Assembly: GCF_009914755.1 (NCBI RefSeq)
Contig: NC_060927.1
Length of the DNA: 64,000 nucleotides
Source of the DNA: the human T2T-CHM13v2.0 reference genome, Homo sapiens
Direction: 5' to 3' (one strand)
Shown here: in pieces, positions 55,670 to 64,000 of the stretch
How positions within the stretch are numbered: position 1 is the stretch's first letter
Layout of the letters: the number at the start of each line of letters is the position of its first letter
Position numbers and translations under genes: made by a program
The notes under the pieces: model-generated
The model's input: the letters and a program-made list of their open reading frames with translations, nothing else
The model's database searches: none
What the model was told of the DNA's origin: nothing

Positions 55670-55900
55670 TGACTGTTAAGTGTCTACAATGTGCCAGGTA
55701 CTTTTAGTGGTGTTCTCTCACAAAATCCTAATGGTGTTTGAGGCAACGGTTGTTATCCCCATTTTACAGTTGGGGAAACTGAAGCTCAGACTACTATGTG
55801 CCCAGGGTTATACAACGGCTAAATGGAAGAGCTGAGATTAAAATATTTCCCATGTCTGTCTGATTCCAAAAGCTATCCTGTTCCAGTCCCATGCTCTCCT
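55670..55900 (-). mobile_element. MIR
   Basis: TACAATGTGCCAGG...ATCCCCATTTTACAGTTGGGGAAACTGAAGCTCAGA. Confidence 0.8.
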
Positions 55901-57228
55901 TTGCTGTGTGCCAATAGGCCTGGTTTGTTAAGGCATTCATATAGGGGTTACACCATTAGCACTCAGTTTCTAGCATTGTAGATGATCTGTGGGAAATATT
56001 TCAAGGTTATGGGAATGGAAATAAATTGAGGAGATAATTTATTTATACCATTCACTCATGTTTATTCTCTTTGCTTTTCTTATTACCCCTCACAGCTCCT
56101 GCAGTGTAAGGTCTATCCAAAAGTCCTTTAAATAATGACCAGGAAAATGTAGATTAAATATGTATATAGGATTCTGAAAGTTATCCTAGGCAAGTGGTTT
56201 TCATCAGTTTGACAGGTAACTCTATTTCTGGTGTGAGGCAAGAAGTTTGAGAATTGGGGGCTGGCTCCTCAGAGGAAGCTAGGCAATACTCTCAGATTTA
56301 ACTCAGCCTGCCATTGAGAAGGTGGTTCAATTATTTGGTTAGGAGTGTTATGGATTACAGTACATTAGACGTGCCTGAGTTTTCAAACGTAAGTGCAAGA
56401 ACACGTCCTCAAAAGTTCAATCTATAGTTTCCCTTCCCCAAAGGATCATGCAAAATAAAATTAAACATAGTATTTAGTGAATATCAAAAAGTGGGGAAAT
56501 GTAAATGAACCATATCAGCTGCCTGGGGGGCAGAAACAGTGATTTATAGACTTGAGATTTAGAACTCAAACATTCTTGGTTTGTACTCAAGGAAGAGCGT
56601 CATTAGGTAAGTTGCATGGCAGAACAGAAAAGAGCTTACTGATAGTGTGGGAATACCTTAGAAAGGAATAAAAATCATCACCTTTATCTAATATCTCTCT
56701 CACTTTATATATGTGTATATATTTGTTTCTTCTACATTAACTATTAAGTTGAAGGAATTACATTTTAGAAAATGTTGATTATGAGGAATTGGTAGAATTC
56801 TCATGTACAAAATGGACATTTTCTACTTTGGGGAGCTTTATGAATCATATTGAAAATTAGAGTAACTGAGTTCTTAACAAGTAACAGCAACAGCTACTTC
56901 TTAACTCCTTCATCCATGGGAAACAGAAGTTGCTTTGTGTGTGTGTTTGTGTGTGTGTGTATGTGTGTTTACTCATGCAATTATTACTGATCACCATACT
57001 AGAGAAAGATGGTCTCATAGGATGAAAATATGATGTTCCCTTAATGATTAGATTAAACTTCCCTTGGCAGTGTTGAATCTAAACTGAAAAACATTTTTGC
57101 CTTCCTTAAATTGAGTAGGAGTTATGGCTATGAATATTTAGACTTATATCATGCCTATGATATTATGGTTTACTTACTGTATGTCTACTTTCAGATATAC
57201 TGCACTACCTTGGTACTACCTTGGTGCC

Positions 57229-57521
57229 TTTTTTTTTTTTTTTGGAGACAGAGTCTCACTCAGTCGCCCAGGTTATAGTGCAGTGGCAAGATCTCAGCTC
57301 ACTGCAGCCTCTACCTCTGGGTTCTAACGATTCTCCTGCCTCAGCCTCCTGTAACTGGGACTACAGACACATGCTACCACACCTGACTAATTTTTGTATT
57401 TTTAGTAGAGACAGGGTTTCACCATGTTGGTCAGGCTGGTCTCGAATTCCTGACTTTGTGATCCACCTGTCTTGGCCTCCCAAAGTGCTGGGATTACAGG
57501 CGTGAGCCACCATGCCCGGCC
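57229..57521 (-). mobile_element. AluS
   Basis: Full dimer. CTTGGTG repeated on both flanks. Confidence 0.92.
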
Positions 57522-57602
57522 CTTGGTGGCTTTTATAGAATGGGTGCCCTATAAAGGTTTGTCAGATTAATCTCATCATGGAATCAGAGAAGATTAATAC
57601 TA

Positions 57603-57955
<353 letters not shown>

Positions 57956-57984
57956 AAGTACATAATTTTTGATATGTGCTCTTT

Positions 57985-58940
57985 TTAAATTGTAAAAATC
58001 ATGTAACAAAATTTATCATTATAACCATTTTTAAGTGTACAGTTCAGTAGTGTTATATGTGTTCACATTGTTATGCAATAGCTATCTAGAAGTTTTTTAT
58101 CTGGGAGAACTGCAACTCTATACCTATTAAACAACTCCCTATTTTTTCCTCCCTGTAGCCCCCTGATAATCACTATTCTACTTTCTGATTTCTGTGAATT
58201 TGACTACTACTGCATATAAGTGGAATCATTCAGTATGTGTCTTTTTTGTGACTGGATTATTTCACTTGGTATAATGTCCTAAAGATTCATCTATCTTGTA
58301 ACATGTGACAGGATTTCTTTCGTTTTTAAGGTCAAATAATATTCCATTGTGTGTATATACCACATTTTGTTTATCCATTCATTCATTCATTGATAGATAT
58401 TTGAGTTGCTTATACCTCTTGGCTATTGTGACTAGTACTAGGAACATAGGTGTGCAAATATGTCTTTGAGATACTACTTTCAATTCTTTTGGATATATTT
58501 ATACCTAGAAGTAGGATTGCTGGATCATGTGGTAGTTCTATTTTTAATTTTTGAGAAACTGCCATACTGTTTTCCATAGTAGTTGTACCATTTTACACTC
58601 CTGCCAACAGTGCACAAAGGTTCAGTTTCTCAACATCCTTGGCAATACTTGATATTTTATAATATTTGGGGAGTAGCCATTTTTAATGGCTGTGATATCT
58701 CATTGTGGTTTTGATTTGCATTTTCTCTAATGATTTGTGTAACTGAGCATTTTTTATCTGCTTATTGGCCATCATTTTATATGCTTGTTGGCTTTCTGTA
58801 TGTCATCTTTGGAGAAATATTATTTAAGTTTTTTTGCCTATTTTAAAATTAGTTTTTTTTTGTCATTGTTGAGTGGTAGTTCTTTATGTAGTCCAGATAT
58901 TAATCTCTTATCAGGTATATAATTTGCTAATACTTTCTCC
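57985..58940 (-). mobile_element. L1MB-like 3' fragment
   Basis: ACCATTTTTAAGTGTACAGTTCAGTAG...GGATTGCTGGATCATGTGGTAGTTCTATTTTTAA. Confidence 0.85.
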
Positions 58941-59257
58941 TATATTTCTAATATATTTTTATAACTTTTTATATTGATATAATTTCAAACTTACAAGAAA
59001 GTTGCAAGGCTAGTACAAGGAACTCCTGTGTACCCTTTGTTCAAAGTCCTCACTGTTTTTTTAAGGAGCATCTGGGTACTTGAAATTATGTTGAGCCAAT
59101 CTAAACACACTGAATTACTTGCGGCTGTGGGAGAGATAAAAATACAAAAGTGGTCCCTGTCTGAATATGCAAAACAAATAGGAATGTTCATGAAGCAACA
59201 AGTACAGATGAGACTAAGATAGAATAACTTGAATTATTAGAACTGAGAGACCTGTCC

Positions 59258-59430
59258 CAGTGGTTCTCAGCATGGGTTCATTTGCCCTCACAAGGGGATT
59301 TTTGATAATGCTTGAAGACATATGAGTTGTCACAGCTGTGGGGAGCATGGGGGAAAGTTGTCCAATGTGTAGAGGCCAGAGATGCTACTAAGTATCCTAC
59401 AGAACACAGGACAGCCCTGTGCAACCCAGG
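59258..59430 (+). mobile_element. MER20 (hAT-Charlie) DNA transposon
   Basis: CAGTGGTTCTCA...GTAGAGGCCAGAGATGCTACTAAGTATCCTACAGAACACAGGACAGCCC. Confidence 0.8.
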
Positions 59431-60067
59431 AATAGGACTATTTCACAGAAAACCTGTCTTGAGAACTTTAAAGGCTTTGAGCCCAGAAGCTCTCTCAAAC
59501 TCATTCTAAGTGCTTGGTGAAAACTGTGGTTGGTAAAGAATATGGTATGAAAAACTATTTCTTTTTTACCTTTTTGTGCATAATCCACAATAAGAGGGCT
59601 CAGTTGGTCTGTTTACTGTAGGTTTTCTACAGTAAACAGTCTAAAAATGCTTTGTTTTCCCTGGTTTTATTTTGTGTTATAGTCCTGTTTCCTGTTATTA
59701 CATTTTTTTTTTTTTGCTACTTTCTGCTGTAAAAAAAAAAACTGTGTAAACGCTGAAAAAAGCAAATGTCATTAGACAAAGATCTTGAAGCATAGAGAAA
59801 GAAAGAGGTGGTGTTGGGAGAATGTGACTTAAATGGCTTCCTTTCAATTCTCAGTTTACTGTGGAGAAGCTAGGTGTCAGTTCTGCTTTATCACTGACTC
59901 CAGAAGGCAGAGAAGGGGATAGAAATAGTATGGGCATTTAAATCCTGTAGATCTGGATTTGAATCAAGGCCCATCCATTACTAGCTGTCTGAATTTGAGC
60001 AAATAACTTCTACACCCTGAACTTAGTGTCTTCTTCTTTGCTAGGGGGATAATATCTGCTTCACTGA

Positions 60068-60650
<583 letters not shown>

Positions 60651-60651
60651 C

Positions 60652-60815
60652 TTTTTTTTTTTTGATACTGGGTCTCATTCCTCCATTGCCCAGGCTGTGA
60701 TAACAGTGGCATGATCACTGCCCATTGCAGCCTCAAACTCCTGGGCAAGTGATCCTCCCACCTCAGCTTCCTGAGTAGCTGGGACCATAGGCACATGCCA
60801 CCATGCCTGGCTAAA
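60652..60815 (-). mobile_element. Alu right monomer (FRAM/AluJ fragment)
   Basis: Poly-T followed by CCCAGGCTG...GATCCTCCCACCTCAGCTTCCTGAGTAGCTGGGAC. Confidence 0.8.
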
Positions 60816-62604
60816 GCTATTTTTTAGGATTAATTTGGGACAAAGGATATAAAGAGCCCTTCAGCATCTAGCAAATAGAAAGTGCTTGATAAATGATCTC
60901 TAGATATTTAAATTTTAGTAGCAGATAGTTTGTTATAATATAATGCCATTATAACAAAATTTCATCAGCCCCTGAAAAATTAGTGGGAACCAGTCTTAAG
61001 AAGTCTTTAGAATGCAAAAAGGGAAGTGGTCATTCTTTCACTTCCTACTTGTACCTGGCAAAGGCTCCATTGGATCCTTATTCAGAAATGTGCTTAAGGA
61101 ATTGCAGGCCTAGCCAGACTTCTGCGGAATTATAAAAGGCTAATAAACAGCTGCTTGAGTGCATGGAGTGGTGAGGAAGGGAAATAGCTATTACTCTAGT
61201 TCAGCTTTCATGACAGTACCCTTGTTGGTGAGAAAGTGGAGCAGAAGTAAAGAAATAGCATGGAGTTTGATTCCTTTCGAACTCTATATTCGTCCTCAGG
61301 ATGTGGGTGTGTGTCAAGGTGGAAGAATGGGCCTTTCTTTCCTACTTGATAGCACAGGAGATTTAGACTCAATAGTTTATGGTGGGGCCAACCATCAGGT
61401 TGTAGCAGTTCCTGTCAGGCAGATATTGGGTTGTAGACAGACATATTTTTAGGGCACACATGGTTCAGTTCTTTTTTGAAATACAAGAATATATTATCTT
61501 GTTTTAAGATAAAATGTATGTAAAGGGTTTAGTATAGTGCCTGGCATTGTGGTATTTTATGAAGAGTTAGCTGTCATCATCATTGTTCTCTTTAACTTGA
61601 TGTTTTATTTTAGTGAAGAAACTAATGAAGTCTTTACTCTTCATTTAGCAACTCTGTTTCCCTCTTATTTATTTTTTACTTTCTATGGAAGTACACATAT
61701 TAACAGGTATACGTTGCTATTCTCTAACTTAATGAATTTTCACCAACAGAACATTACCAGTAGTACCCCAGAAGCCCCACTCATGTTCTACTGTGGTCAC
61801 TATCCCTTATTTTTTAGGAAAAGAATGGTTTTTCTTTTAGTGATAGAGCGACTCATGGCTTTTTGTAAACTCTTAATAGCTATGGCTGACAGATATAGCT
61901 TAGGGATGGCCTTATTATATGCTTTTATTTTCTTTGGCTTTAAAAGCATGTCTGCTGGAAAGGGATTTCAGTCCTGCAGATTGTTACATTTAGACATGAT
62001 AGGCTGAGTGATCTTGTAGATCTTCCTCGCCAAATAGGTGAGGTGTTCTTTGCTTTTATTTGTATATACTATAGAAGTCCATGGAAACCAAAAAGTTGTC
62101 CATTGTATTAAAAGAAAAGGAAAATGGCCTAGCTGCACAGACCTCTTAGATGTCCCCTCTAAAAGCATTTCACATTCAAGAGAGCTCAGGGCACATGAAA
62201 GAAATCCTGTGGTGGAGGAAGGCTGCACAATGCTGGGTGCACTCATTTCCTGCAATAGGAGAGATGATTAGGCTGAAGGACCGGCAACTTCTAGAAGTAA
62301 TGGACTACAGTGTGTTTACCCTGCTTTTGTCTGCGCATATTTAGAAAACCAGTGGTAATTTTTCAGAAGGCAGCTTCTCAGAGGAAGCCTAACGATATGG
62401 GGGTTGAGCTTAGGCCCTTTATATGTCTTCTTTTTGAAATCAAAGTGCAGAACATGTTCATTCTGAAACACCCTGGACATGAGCCGTACCTATGTGTCTT
62501 GTTTAACTTCCTGTGCCCAGCAGTGGCTCTGCTAAAATACTGTATATGTATTTCAGAATGTCATTACTTATTTTTGGCCAGTGTTTTGTTCCTTAAGATT
62601 TATT

Positions 62605-62790
62605 TGGTTTTTAAAGAAATTGAGATATAATTTACATGCCATAAAATTCACCACTTTAAAGTGTATGACTCACTGGTTTTTAATATAGTTATAAGGCTTT
62701 ATAGCCATTACCACTGTCTACTTCTAGAGCATTCTCTTCACTCCAAGAAGAAACCCTGTGTCTGTTAGCAGTCACTCTCCCTATTCTGTT
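62605..62790 (-). mobile_element. L1M 3'-terminal fragment
   Basis: TTGAGATATAATTTACATGCCATAAAATTCACCACTTTAAAGTGTA...AGAAACCCTGTG. Confidence 0.75.
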
Positions 62791-63941
62791 TGTTTTTTTT
62801 TTGCCAAATAAATGTTGTCATGATTATCTCTATTACATAGGAGCCTGTCTTCCGCAGAGTGTCATGACAGTTGTTTGACCTTTCGCGTATAGGTTTATCA
62901 CGTTCACCTTTTGTTCTAAGGTTGATGGAGGTTGCAGTTTTCAGCACTACCACCACCACCACCATGTTGACTGAAATTATTATAGGACATAAAATGACAG
63001 TGTGTTACTCACAATCACTTGTGAAAGTTTCAGTGCTTATGAACAACAGACAACTGAGCACTGTGCAGATTTCTGACTATGTGACAAAGTTGGCCTGTGC
63101 TTTAAAATTTAATGAATAGAGAAGTAAATTCTTCTGGGCTATGTGGAAAGGTTTAGATTTATTTGTTTCTTACACTAATTAGTTTTTTGAAAAAAATGCA
63201 TAAAATGTGTTCATACTTACACTTATTTCTGAAGGACTGGAATTGGTTGTTCCTAAACTAACATGATTGACTTTCTTAAAAAACCTCATTTATAATTTAA
63301 AACTATTTTGAATCTGTGTTTTTATTATTCCAGAAGTGATATATGCTAGTTGAAAAATTTTAAAAAATACATAGAGCTTAGAAATGTTGTAAAGTAAAAA
63401 AAGAGTTCTTTGTCATCCTTTCACTTTAGAGTTTATGCTTCAAATTTTTAAAAATGCCTAATTCTATAACCTACTTGATTCTTTGCTCAGTTTTTAAATA
63501 CTTCAGAAATGCTTGTTTATTGAATTGTGTTATTCTTTATTTTAATACTGTTTGAAATTGATGAAAAACTTTAAAATTTTTGCCTTTCAAAGTGGTGATT
63601 GCTAAGAAAAACTCCCAGTGATTTTTCTTAAAAATTACTTTGCCCTCTTCATGGGCCAGTGGAACTTCTGAGCAACTATAGAAATGTACATACTTCAAGA
63701 CCTGGAACTGTTTATCATCAAAGAAGGCCACAATCCTTAAAAAGGCTTCCTCCTTTAGAGCGGCTTTTATAGAAAGGCTTCAGGACCCAATGACTTCCAA
63801 AGTCACATCTGTGTCTTTTCAGGCACAATTGTTTCATCATGATGATGCTACATCCTGCAGTTATATTAGCACATTAAAAAAAATGATTCTCAGGAAAAGA
63901 ATGACATTTATCATGTCCTGTCTATAGACATTAAATAATGG

Positions 63942-64000
63942 AGGCTGGGTGCGGTGGCTCACGCCTGTAATCCCAGCATTTTGGGAAGCCAAGGCGGGCG
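63942..64000 (+). mobile_element. Alu 5' end (cut by window edge)
   Basis: GGCTGGGTGCGGTGGCTCACGCCTGTAATCCCAGCA. Confidence 0.9.

Noticed and set aside
61537-62007. 156-aa hydrophobic ORF resembling a membrane protein
   Set aside because: GTG start in T-rich intronic DNA overlapping decayed repeat fragments. The Phe/Leu/Ile bias is explained by base composition.

Overview
Repeat-rich primate (human-like) genomic DNA, not microbial. The only protein-coding sequence I can support is the first coding exon of PPM1L (PP2C-epsilon, an ER-anchored PPM/PP2C Ser/Thr phosphatase) at 36929-37327 on the + strand. It lies in a CpG-island promoter (~35150-37460), and everything downstream is intron 1. The upstream 35 kb is intergenic: a near-full-length decayed old L1 (1-6604) with nested MADE1 and Alu insertions, L2, MIR, Alu, MaLR/ERV solo LTRs and DNA-transposon MITEs. 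All other ORFs in the track are L1 remnants, Alu or microsatellite read-throughs, or GC-rich chance ORFs. I found no new gene system. The most interesting signal is an old complex rearrangement: an L2+Alu segment apparently missing from ~18.5 kb reappears at ~8.2-8.5 kb inside a broken Alu, with a duplicated 30-bp breakpoint, a TSD pair separated by 10 kb, an inverted templated junction and a chimeric Alu. Further fold-back scars, a dispersed 29-bp duplicate in intron 1 and several PPM1L 5' regulatory oddities are also reported. Repeat subfamily names come from recalled consensus similarity, and boundaries without TSDs are approximate.
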